Shown piece after piece: positions 11,073 to 23,085 of a stretch of DNA of 64,000 nt. Made by a program: the position numbers and the translations under genes. Each line of letters starts with the position of its first letter. Positions within the stretch are counted from its first letter, which is position 1. The DNA lies in the NCBI RefSeq assembly GCF_000143415.4, contig NW_003314293.1, forward strand, positions 1,022,062 through 1,086,061. The letters are read 5' to 3'. Source of the stretch: Selaginella moellendorffii (lineage: Eukaryota; Plantae; Lycopodiophyta). The notes below the pieces were generated by a model, which saw only the letters and a list, made by a program, of their open reading frames with translations, searched no databases and was not told where the DNA came from.

Positions 11073-14000
11073 AGTAACACCCGACATCGCAGACGTGATC
11101 CCCTACTACCGAACAATGAAGGGCGAGACGAGGTTTCCAGACTTGATCAATAAGAAGGTGTTGGACGATCAGAACATCCGGTTCTATGCCATCTCCGGGC
11201 AGCATTCTAGCTTGGCGATGCAAGAGATAGTTGTGGATATTATGGTGGGCGAGGAGGTGAAGAAAGTCTTCAAGACAAGAGTTGTCCGCCTGATAAAAGG
11301 CAACTCGCCCCTCCGATCTATCATATACATCTCCCACGCGCAGAATGTCAAGCAAGAAACGTGCTACAAATTGGGTCTGCACGAGACATTGGCACGAACA
11401 CGGAAGCTCTGGGTTCAACTGAAGAAGCCACAAAAACCAGGACAAGGACGTGCACTAGCAACTAGCGCCTGGCAGGTAAGCCTCGTTGCATGTGGCATAG
11501 CATGTGGCCTCATGCCATTTCCATTGCAGGAATTCTCGAGTCTTCTCTCGAAAACACTGGGGGTCAATGACACACTCAGCATCCATAACATTCTACTCAC
11601 AACAAAAGTTGTTTTTGACAAATGGGTAGATGTGCTGAGGAGGTACCATGACGGGGAGTTGCTAAACTCAATGGGTGTGGAGGACGGCCGAAAGCCCAAT
11701 GATTTGAAGCTCAACGCCTTGCGTTTCTCGCGGTCTCTAGACAATGACAACCTTCTGACAGTGGCTAATGCTCTTCTACGTGGTGAGGTAGTCTTCAACA
11801 AGACCAAAATGACTCTCGGCCATATTGTGACATACGAGGACTTGTGCACGACTCTGAGAGCTCGTGCGCTATTGAAGGATTGGATCTTCGAGCAAGTGGC
11901 CGTGGAGAGGGTGAGCATCGACACCACGCAAGAGATGATGGAAGAGCTGGAGTTGTCAAATGAAGACATCGACGAGTACGTGAAGGGGGCCCCCAAGTTC
12001 ATCGATCTGCTGCGGGATGCCACAAAAAGTAAAGTTGAGAAGTTGGATCAGTATCCAAATTTCATTAAGAGGGATGTCGACCGCCGGCTTCAGAAACAGC
12101 TCGACCCCGCAGCAGAGGCCTATCAAGAACCTTACCGGGTATACGTGAATTCGGATGAGGATCAAAGGTGGAGGAGCATCGTTTCCCGCGGAGATGAGCA
12201 GATCAAGAACATCTTTTGTGTGATGGACTTCACAAACGAGGAGATCACTCATGTAGACGAAGTCAGCTCCATCATTAACTTAATGGTGGGACTTGCGGAG
12301 GTGGAATCTTCAGTCCACTATATGATCTACGACTCCGAATCCTATCTCAAGTTCTGGAAGGCCTTGAACGAGGTGAAGGCTCGGTTGAAAGGCAAGGAGA
12401 TGTAGGAGATCCATGGGATAATGGCTAAGAAGAAGATACCGACGAATGTCCGCATCTTCACACTCGCCCTTGTTATTGGTCCTGCAGCAGAGTGGGACTG
12501 GAGTGACTTCCCAGCTTCGCTTGACAAGGCCGATCGAATTGACCTGAGGGAGGTCAATTTACCCGTGCCTGAGGAACTGAAGACGGCTATGGAGCTTTCA
12601 AATCCAGAGAAAGCTCCAGGTGCAGCATGGGAAATGCTTAGTTGGGTCTTCAACGCAATAGCGGGTGGGTCACCTGCTTCCGACTCTAAGGGCAAATGCG
12701 TTGTCGAGTACAATTGCGGCGGACTATTCTTTCGAGCCGCACTACTCAAGGGTGTCCCGTGTGTTGCGGTGACAAACTCCATTGAAGAGGTGACTTCAAT
12801 GGAGCATATAATTACAATTGCCAAAGAAAAACAGTATCTTCTCTGCGAACCTAGTGAGTACGCACTTTAAGTTTAAATGTTATCTCACAAGCTCTGTATG
12901 CAGGAGCGTGGCCACCCCCAGATGCTGAAACAGCGTTAACAGCTACTGTTGAAGATACCCATGTTGGGCCGAGCTCACAACCTGCACAAGGTAAGGTCAC
13001 GTGAGGCCTCACGCCATTTTGATTATAGATCGTTGTGAATATTCAGACACGAGGACTGAAAAGCGCACTGATGGCGCGTCGAAGAAGGACAAACAGACAA
13101 GCAATAGGAAAAAAGGAGGTACAAATTATATTTGCAATGGCGTGTGGTCTCATGCCATTCTTTGCAGGAGACACTTCTTCAAAGGCAAAACAGGCAAGCA
13201 CCAGCCAAGCTCAAACTGACAGTGGTCATAAAAAGCGAAAGCACGTTGGATAGTCGTCGGGATCAGAGGCGTTTGATTCGAAAAGGAAGAAGGGCAACGA
13301 AAAGATGATAGGTAATGCCTCGCGATTATGGCGTGTGTGCTCATGCCATTCATTGCAGATCAAGGGCTGAGTGAAAGCAGCCAGTCACCACCTCCTAACT
13401 CAGATTCCTATAGCAGACTCCCCTTCCCCAATCTCAATGGAGAGGTACAATGGATGAGGGATGCTTTTCAAGTCAGGGCCACGTTTTTCTCATCTCGTCG
13501 TCTTCGAAGGGTGCAAGAATGTGCAGAAACCATGTTAAGACAGTCGGGTGAGGATACGGTCCTAGGTCATGCACTAAAACAGGCTATGGATGTCTTGTAT
13601 TTTGAGATGGAGACTCGGCCAGATGATTTTCCCAAGATGGTCCTGGAAGAACAAGCCATCCAGCCTGAGCAGCCTATGGAAGAAATGAAGGAGGGGGATG
13701 AGGAGCCAGAGAAAGATAATGAGCAGGAAGAGCAGAAGGACGAAGAGGAGGACAAAGAAGAGGAGGACGAAGAAGAGGAGGACGAAGAGGACTTGGATGG
13801 TCCTCACAATGGTGACGATCACAATAACGACGACGACGATGATGACGACGATGGCCAGCCTGAGGTGGCCAAAGAGCAGCAGAGGAAGGTCATACAAGAC
13901 AAACCATCAGGTAAATAATAGTACATCCATTCCTAACCTTTTACCATTTCTAACATTGTCCATGTAGGTCGCAGAGCAAATGGTAAGTAGAGATTATTCA

Positions 14001-14474
14001 GTTGAATTAAGATACAAACTCTAGCCTTTAGTGTCGAGGAAGGATAGTGCCAAGCAAGGGTCGAAACGTATGTCCAATCCTTCAGAATCAGTAGTGTGCC
14101 CAAGTGATATTGGTCCTAGTTCCTCAATAGCAGTTGATGGTAAATACAGTATAGTCGATTCAATGTGCTAATGAGTTTGTTTTTAGTAGCACGGGAGGAT
14201 ACCATCTCAATCGAAGGGAGATATTTGGACATGCATATGGATCCGCCAGTGGACTCTACTTGCCTGCAAGAGTCATCAGAGCTGGTGGAGGCTACTATCC
14301 ATATCAACGCCAAACAAGCTGACCACGCTCCACTTGATGCTGCCCATACCACTGAGTCAATCTTGTCCACGTATCCAACTGACGGTGACCAGGCGCCATT
14401 GGACCCGCATGAGGCCACCCCAGCCGCCAAGCCGGTCGTATCCTCATTTCCAACGGATTCAACGTGTGCCCAAT
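11073..14474 (+). pseudogene. Cargo gene copy 1 (5'- and 3'-deleted): partial ParB-like, MTase-like and acidic regions
   Basis: Colinear with 49342-52743 at constant offset 38269, with the same short introns. It lacks the equivalents of ~47712-49341 and 52744-54166. Confidence 0.85.
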
Positions 14475-15669
14475 ATTAAAAGGATGGAAAGAAATTGGAC
14501 GACGATGACAAAGAGAAGAAAGAGGTGAAGCAGTGGCAGGGGGAGGAGAAGTGATTGAGTAGACATTTCCTTGTTTAAAATAAAATGGCATGTGCCTCAA
14601 TGCAGTTGAATTTTGTTATATTTATATACTATATAAAGGTTTGGAAACCTTATTTTACAAGTGGGATAATGATAATTCCCACTTTAACGAAATAGAGCTT
14701 TATGGAGGTTTTGAGTGAGACTCCTCCAAATAGTCGGAAGTGTGTTGAAGTGGCTAAAGTAGAATTGGAAAATTAAGTTGCTTACAAGCTAAATGTTTCA
14801 TTTGAACTTGTTATGGTTATCCTCACTCCACAATCCATGTCATTCATCTTCGCTCCACTTTCATATTCATTTGTCCTCACTCCATAGTTGGGGCCAAACT
14901 CTTGTCTATCTCCTCTACCCCCTCCTCTAAAGAAAACAATGTTTGAAGTGTGGAAGTAGAAAAGAGAAAATGAAAAAAATTGAGGAAAAACAATTGTGAA
15001 AGATATAAAAGTGGATAAAGAAGTATCAGAAGAGGAATTTGCAGTAGTTGGTAATGTAAAAATGGGGAAATCAAAAGGACATATGCTCAAAGCTTGGAAA
15101 ATAAGGGACTTTTTATTATAAAATACTTGTCACCACAATATAAACAAAAGATTCACACTACTCAACCTCCTCAACACATAATTCAACACTTGAGATAGAA
15201 AAATTAATAACAACATCCACATTCTCAAGGGAATATATAAACTCTTCAGTAACAATAAAAAAGCAAAGGCTCTTAACGGCACTCACAAGTGGGGATATAC
15301 ATTTAACTTGAAACTCCAGCCAAAGTGATTCAACCTTTGGAACAGGGGAATACTTAACACCGGAACTGATCAAAAACTCTATTAATGAGATACAAGCAAG
15401 ATTCTCAACTTCATGCATACACTTAATGTCCAGATTAGTAGGAGGAGGATAGAAAGCACTCAACTCAACACTAGATTAAGAATGAGAATTATCAAAGTTA
15501 TAAATGATTGATGTGCTAGGAGAAGAAAACACTACAGATGAAGACAAAATACTAGGAGAAATAAGAAAAGATTGGGAAAAAGTAAAAGGTAAAGAGAAAG
15601 GATTAAATGGTAGATTGAAAGATTGACATTTATTTTGTGAAATCTCCACTTCATTTCTAAAGCTATCTC

Positions 15670-18600
15670 TATCAGGAAGCCCCCTTCCTACCACCAGATT
15701 CCTTACCATTACTGATTTCCCAAGTTATTATTCTAACCATTATCTTAGCCATTAACCAATGGTTTCCTAAGTTTGATTCCTATTCTTTGGGGTGGTCCAC
15801 ATGGCTCAGGCAACATGAACCATTAATTTAGGAGCTCAAGACCAATGGTCCTCATTCTTCCATTTGCATTTTAAAGGCCTAATAGCTACTGTAAAAATTT
15901 ATCCACAATCAATACTAGTCTTGGGGCTAACTTTACTTTGATTTTCTTTTGTCAATTCCCCTTTTTTTCCTTGATTTTGGAGTTGGTTCTTGACAGTTTG
16001 ATTGTGGATACTCACTTTTTCCTAGTCTCTCATCTAGTTTCTTCTCCTTTTTGTTTTTTTATTTTATTTTTTGTTAATTTCTTTTGTGATTCTTTTTTCT
16101 GGGTCCTTTCCTTTTAATTCCATGGTCAATCAATCTACTTCCCCCCACCATCGAATAGGCTGTCATCAATTTTCAAGCAGAGAATCAACAATTTCACAAT
16201 GCCCTCATTGTTCTTCAATAAGAGCTCGTAGCACTCTCTACAGCTCCAACTCGTGCTTCTTCATCGGAGCCCAAGGTGAGCTTTCCTTCCAAGTTCATTG
16301 GGAAGTGAGATGAGTTGCGGGGCTTCCTCAACAAGATGGATCTCATTTTCAAGATACAACCTCAGCACTACTCAATGGTGGAGTCTCAAATCGGTGCTAT
16401 TGGCACTCTCCTCGACGGTCCTGCTCTCTCATGGTTCTCCCCACTCTTGGAGAAGGATCTTGTTTCGGACGCCATTTCTCTTCTCCAACACCTCGTCTGG
16501 CCATCACAACTCCCACCTCAACACCCTCTACAGCAACTCCAATGGAGATTGACATCGGCACAATGCCTTTCACCAATCGCTGCTGCCTCTCTCCAGCTGA
16601 GTGTCAATGCCGTATGGACCTGAACCTTTGTCTCTACTATGAGGACTCAGGACATAGGGCGGTTGGATGTCCTTGGAAGCCGCCCTGTCTTTTGCAAATG
16701 GAGTTGCCATCTTCGCCTATTAAGGAGCCTGAAACATCCATGCCGAGAAACAGGGATGTCCAATTAGAGTAGGAGCTGCCATTGTGCAAGGAATAAAATG
16801 TCTCTTTGTTCAACATCAAGCTCCTCCACCTCCACTTCTCTTTCCATTCCATTCTTGTTTGCAACCACAATCTCCGTCAACTTCCACCTTTTTGTGACTC
16901 TGAGGATTCCTAGTTCTTGGTCACCAGTGCTGCATACCACGATTCTACTGGACTCTAGAGCAACTTCATGTTTCATGGATGAATCTTTTTTCTAGTGGCA
17001 TTGGATCCCCATCTCAACATTTGTTTGTGCGACTCAAACTGTTGAAGGTAGTGGAGACCATGTTATTTCTCCTTCAATGGGGCTTCTGGCCACAATTCCT
17101 CTCTGAGTTCAGGTGGGGGATCTTTGCACTGATGTTGCCTTCAACATCATCTCTAGCAAGCATACTGCTGTGGTTCTTATGCTCCTATGGTTCCGTCTTC
17201 ATAACCCGCGGATTGATTGGGAACACTTGCAGCTTGCTCCATTGCCCTCAATGCTTGCTGCTGATTCAAGCTCAGGTTCTGCATCTACACCAGAGGTTTG
17301 GGGTCCTACTCAGTTGTGCAGCTAGCATGTCACTAGCGCTTGGCACTCCTTCAATGGGGACCCATGTAACAACCATTGTCAAAGGTGCTGCCGATGACCC
17401 ACGACCCTGCCGGCCATTGTAAGCGGTTGTACAATACTCTTCTCCAAATCTATCTGTAAATAAGTTGTGTCTCCCACTCCATTTTGCCCCTCCATTACCT
17501 TTTCCATCCATTGACAAGTTGGTTCTTCCCGTTTCCACTTCCTGTCCAGCCGTTTCACTGCCATTATCAAACCCTCGACCCATTCTTGACCTTAGCCCAT
17601 GTCCTTCCCATTTCTACCATCACCATGAAAGAGTTAGTCCACGAGTCTGAACCCCTTCAGTTGTTTGCTTTGATTGTTAATCTTGTTTGTCATTCCATTG
17701 AGTCAACTATTTTCTTGCCGGTGAAGTATTAGGATTTCCAAGATGTTTTTGACAAGGGAAAAGCTAGTGGTTTGCCTCCTTATTGTCCTTATAACTGTGC
17801 TATTGAGTTATAGGAGGGTGCTTATAGCCCCCATGGGGACCCATCTACAGTCTCTTGCCATTGGAGCTGGCTGCCCTCAAGGAGTATGTGGACACTAATC
17901 TGGAATTTGGCTTCATCTGGCACTCTCAGTCACCTACGAAGGCTCTCATCTTCTTCATCAAGAAGAAGGAGCTGGTAGTTGACTACCACAGCCTCAATAA
18001 AGTCACTGTGCAGAACTGGTACCCATTGCCTTTAATCCCAGAGTTGCTGGAATGGCTGGGTGGGGCTTGGTTTTTCACCAAGATCGACCTTTGAGGAGCT
18101 TACAATCTCATGAGGATCAAGCCTGGGGACAAGTGGAAGATGGCTTTCCAGAGCCGTTATGGCCATTTTGAGTACACGGTGATGCCATTTGATCTCACCA
18201 ATGCCCCTACTATTTTTCAACATTTGGCAAACGACGTCCTCCGAGAGTTTTTGGATCAGTTTGTGGTTGTGTATCTTGATGATATTCTGGTTTTCTCTCG
18301 CACTTAGGAGGAGCAGTACAGCAAGTGTTGGCCAAGCTCCGGGAACACAGCCTTTATGCAAAGCTAGAGAAGTGTTTCTTTGATCAGGATTCTGTTGAGT
18401 ATCTGGGGTACATTATGTCTCCACAAGGGGTTGCAATGGATTTTGCAAAGGTAAAAACAATCCAGGAATGGGAGGTGCCGAAGACCATCACCAACGTGTA
18501 GTGTTTTCTCGGTTTTACTAACTTTTACCATAAATTCATTGATGGGTATTCTGCCCTGGTGTTGCCATTGATAGCTCTGACGCACAAGGACATGCCATTC

Positions 18601-20922
18601 TAGTGGTCCAGCTTGGTGATGATAAGGAGCTTCATCTGGTCGCATTCCATTCTCGGAAGTTCCATGCAGTTGAGATCAACTACAAGATCCATAACAAGGA
18701 GCTCCTTGGCATTGTAGGCTCATTCCATGAGTGGTGCCATTTCTTGGAGGGTGCTGTGCATCAGATCAGTGTGGACAGATCATAAGAACCTGGAGTTCCT
18801 CTCTTCAACTCAGGTTTTGAGCCATTGACAAGCATAGTGGGCTTAGTTTCTCTCAATTTGATTTTGATATCTGTTACAGGCCGGGAAAGCAACAAGGGTT
18901 GATGGATGCTCTTTCCCGTCGGTCCTACCTTGGCCTCCAGGCTGGTGACCCAGCCTTCAACGACTAAAACCAGGTTCTTCTAGGGCCAAACTGGCTCCAA
19001 GTTTTGGCCATCTCAATGGCTCTGCTGAACCCAGCCATTACAGCGGCCATTTGGCAGGATCTCCAACTAGATGACTTTGCTTTGGATGTGTTTCCTTACC
19101 TTCAACCTGGTCATCCTCCTTCTGCCTGCACCTGGCTCGACAACTCCACCTTGCTGGATGACCTCTTGTTCAACTGTATGTTCCTGTTGGTGATGCTCAG
19201 CGGCTTGTTCTTCAACAGCGACATGATGATCAAGCATCTGGCCATTATGGTGAGCATAAGACTTTTGAGTTGGTTTCTAGGGATTATTGGTGGCCAAAGA
19301 TGCAGGAGTTTGTCAAGCACTTCGTGGATTCCTGTGACACATGTACCCAAAACAAGCTCCTACGCCATTCACCATCAGAGTTACTCCACTCACTGCCAGT
19401 GCCAACGGCTCCTTGAGAGTCCATTTCGATGGACTTCTTGATTGATCTTCCACCTTCCCATGGTTTTGATTCCATCATTATGGTGGTGGATCGATTCACC
19501 AAAATGGCCCATTTTTTGCTGTGCTTGAAGTCCATCATTGGCACAGCAACAGCCACCTTGGTGCTCTCAAGGAGGTGTTCTGGCTTCACAGCCTGCCAAT
19601 GGACATTGTCACCAATAGGGGACCTCAGTTCATCTCCAGGTACTGGCACCATTTTCTCGAGCTGCTCAGTGTTCATGGCAACCTCTCATCGGCTTATCAT
19701 CCTTAAATTGATGGCCAAACCGAGTGCACCATTTAATCACTAGAGCTATATCTTCGCTGCTTCATTAGCTATCAGCAAGATGACTAGGTGGACCTTTTGC
19801 TCCTCATGGAGTTCTCTTACAACAACTCTCATCACTCTTCCACTCGGTACTCTCCATTCTTTGCCTATACCGGTCATCACCCCCATTTTGATCTCTCTCA
19901 CCCCCTTTTTTCCACCACTTCGGCCATTCCATAGGCTGATGATTTTTTCACTCATCTCCAGACCATTCACACCACCATCTCCCATCATCTCTAGCCTGCC
20001 ATTAAATCCCATAAGCACTTTGTTGATCATCATTGTCAACTGGCTCCCCTATATGCTATTGGAGATTGTGTCTGGCTCCTTTGCCACAACATCTCTATAG
20101 ATCAACCTTCTAGCAAGCTAGACTTCAAGCACCTTGGCCCATTTTCCATCTCCAAGGTACTTAGTCTTGTTTCTTTTCGTCTTGCTTTGCTTGCTTCCTA
20201 CCATTTGCACCCTGTTTTTCACTCCTCTCTTCTTGAACCTTACATTTCCAACACCATTCCCAACCACACTTCTCCACCACCTCCTCTTATTGTCTTCCAT
20301 GACGAGCCTGAGTTCAAAGATGCTTCCATTCTTGACTTCAAAATCTCCCACAACTGGCTCTTTTATCTTGTTGACTGGCTTGGTTATGGCCCTAAAGACC
20401 ATTCCTGGGAGCTAGCCTAGCATCTGGCTCATTCCCCTCTTAAACTCCATGATTTTCACACTCGCTATCCTCATAAACCTAGCCTTCATTCCCTCTCCTT
20501 CCTCCTTCCTCTCCCTTGGCTAATCCTTGCACTCGCTCCACTTGTCATTGGGGGTGGGGGGGGGGCGGGGGGGGGGGGGTTTATTGTCAGGAAACCCCCT
20601 TCTTGCCACCAGATTCCTTGCCATTATTGATTTCCTAGACTATTATTCTAGCCATTATCTTAGCTATTATCCAATGGCTTCCTTTGAGATTGATTCCTAT
20701 TCTTTGGGGTGGTCCACGTGGCTTGGGCAACATGAACCATTAATTCGGGAGCTTGAAACCAATGGTCCTCATTCTTCTATTTGCATTATAAAGGCCTAAT
20801 AGCTGCTGTAAAACTTTATCTATAATCAACACTAGTCTTGGGGCTAACTTTCCCTTGACTTTTCTTATTTTCTCTTGTCGATTCCGCTTTATTTTCCTTG
20901 ATTTTGGAGTTGCTCCTCATCA
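15670..20922 (+). mobile_element. Degenerate Ty3/Gypsy chromovirus (Tcn1/Tf1-like)
   Basis: LTRs ~15670-15995 and ~20585-20922, with a G-rich PPT before the 3' LTR. gag (~16250-16700), protease ILLDSRATSCF, RT FTKIDL...[11 protein letters not shown], RNase H VAFHSRKF..EINYKIHNKELL, integrase [18 protein letters not shown], chromodomain YLVDWLGYGPKDHSWE (~20300-20420). Many stops; no clear TSD. Confidence 0.88.
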
Positions 20923-21550
20923 CAATTCATAATCCATTCAATCTTATAAACATTATCTTCCCATAAACTCGATCCTTGAACATTCTTCAAGAACCAGATT
21001 GCATCATCCATAGCTCACCCATTAATGTCACAATCATGCTCCATATCAACAAAAGGTGGCAAAACACTAAGAATAGAACAAGCTGTATAATTATATCCCA
21101 CAAAAGTTGGAGATGGGTACACGCCAAAGATGGGCACAACACTAATATGATCACACCCTATAGCACCAAAAGTTCAATCTAATAGAACAATATTAACAAC
21201 CTCAAGTGACATACTCCTTGATTAATGACAACATGATATGGTAGAAAAAGAAAATGCAATGAAGATCAAAAGAAAGAGCATATTAATAGCTAAATTTTTA
21301 AATCTTACAAAAGATCTAAATCTAAAAGAGAATGAAGAAATAAGAATATAAAACATGATCTTGAATACTAGAGTAAAGCATTACCAAAAATCTTTGCCCT
21401 TCAAAGACAGATTGCAATGCCCCTCACTTTCACCAATGTGAGCATTCAGGATATAGAAATAGATAAATTAAGTAAGGTTTAGACCTCTGCTTATATACAA
21501 GAATAAATGGACTAGATTCAATCTTAAATAGATAGTCTATATACTATAAT

Positions 21551-22991
21551 AGGACCCGAGATGGAGTCCGAGATGGACCCGAGATGAAGATGGACCAGAG
21601 ATGGAGTTCGAGATGGAGTCTGAGATGGAGTCTGAGATGGAATTGGAGATGGAGTCCGAGATGGACCCAAGATGGAGTCCGAGATGAATCCGAGATGGAG
21701 TTCGAGATGGAGCCCGAGATGGACCCAAGATGGAGTCTGAGATGGAGTTTGAGATGGACCCGAGATAGAGTCCGAGATGGACCCGAGATGGAGTCCGAGA
21801 TGAACTCGAGATGGAGTCCGAGATGGAGTCCGAGATGGAGTCCAAGATGGAACCCGAGATGGAGTCCGAGATGGAACCGAGACCGAGACCGAGACCAAGT
21901 CTGAGTCCGAAATTGGGACCGAGACTGAGTCCGAGTTTGAGTTCGAGTCCGAGTCCGAATACTAATACAGGCAGTTGGGTGAAAGCCCAAAGCGATTGTC
22001 CCCCAGGAGGGGGGGGGGGGGGGGGGCTACGGGTGGTTCCAAAAGTATAGTAGGGAGAGTGTGGGGGTTGGAGCCCAGTGGAGCCAGTTTGGCCAGGAAA
22101 GGCTAGTTTGGCCCAGGAAAGCCATACCCAGCTATCGGGTGATGGGATGACCACTGGGAAGTCTAAGACTAAAGTGAATACGGACCGATAAGCGGGGTAG
22201 CTTGGTGAAGTGTTCAAGAGTCGGCTCTAGTTCCCTCGGGAGATTGACTAGCCGATGTTCCCAGTCCAAGTGTGGGTGGCACTACCTACTTGGATACCAG
22301 GCGTGGCTCAATGGAACCTCGCTCTAAGCCCATGGCTAGAGCACCCAAGGGCAGAAGGCAGGGAAAGTACCCAGGTGGCTCGCGTAAGGCCACGGTGTTC
22401 TGAAATGTTGCCCCAAAGTCCCAGACTGTGGGAAGGAAGAGGAGCAGACCTCTGGCATAGTGAGTAAGGACATAGTCACATGGTGAGGAAGTCCCAGAGG
22501 ACCGTGGGACTTAGTGGTCATGCTTGTGGGCCTTGATCTTGTGGCAGTGTTGGCAAACACAGCCATGGACAGAAAGGGACTTGGTGAGGACCGGAAAAAG
22601 GATATTGGGGAAGGCTATTCCCCATGTCTGTGGGCATCCTAAGGATGCTAAGGAGTGGATCTGAAATGATCACTCATGGACGGATGGCCCAGTCCTTGAG
22701 AGACGGGACTATGATGCAAGTGGTGTTAGACCACCGATGTGACCAAGGTAAAGGGGCATGTCCTTAGTGTAACAGGCTGATATGTCAATGGTACCTTGGG
22801 GTGTCGGTCATGGGATCGGACATGTGGAGCATTTGGATCAAGTGCAAAGGTTGAGTGGCGGGGATGCCATTCTTGGGGCTAGCAAGCCCAAGTCTGAAAT
22901 AGGACTTATGGAGGTTGTGAGTGAGACTTCTCTAAGTGGTTGGACGTCTGGGTAAGTGACTAAAGTAGAAAGGAAAATTTAATCGCTTACA
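21551..22991. repeat. Second copy of the LTR-like repeat, with GAGATGGAGTCC satellite (21553-21960); contains the empty site for the Sola-like insertion
   Basis: Homologous to 2790-3846 + 14701-14786; ends in AATCGCTTACA. Confidence 0.75.
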
Positions 22992-23085
22992 ATGTTAAAT
23001 AACCATCCCAATCCGAATGCTAAAAGTTCACATACTTCGCGATCATCCCTTTGAACGTCCGAACGAGCCATTCCACCAAACCATC

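Larger units (their letters stand above)
3847..14700 (-). mobile_element. Large Sola-like TIR DNA transposon, copy 1 (both TIRs, transposase, internally deleted cargo gene)
   Basis: Left TIR ATGCTCTATTTCATTAAAGTGGGA (3847) and right TIR TCCCACTTTAACGAAATAGAGCTT (ends 14700). Flanks are TATA/TATG, and the empty paralogous site reads ACT-TATG-GAGG (22907-22910), consistent with a 4-bp TSD carrying one G>A change. Confidence 0.88.
2390..14786. repeat. LTR-like repeat (2390-3846 + 14701-14786) split by the Sola-like transposon
   Basis: 3070-3846 joined to 14701-14786 is colinear with 22140-22991. Both end in GCTTACA and both carry the GAGATGGAGTCC satellite. Confidence 0.7.

Noticed and set aside
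11415-12023. 202-aa antisense ORF present in both copies (also 49684-50292)
   Set aside because: Shadow of the sense cargo exon; the copies are too similar for its persistence to be informative, and it has no motifs.
14787-15669. Short - strand ORFs (also 20925-21380 and 36500-37070)
   Set aside because: Too degraded; no motif I can support.
21524-22217. Long ORFs with SRTP/SISD/LGLH repeats (also 2748-3043)
   Set aside because: Artefacts of the stop-poor 12-bp satellite.
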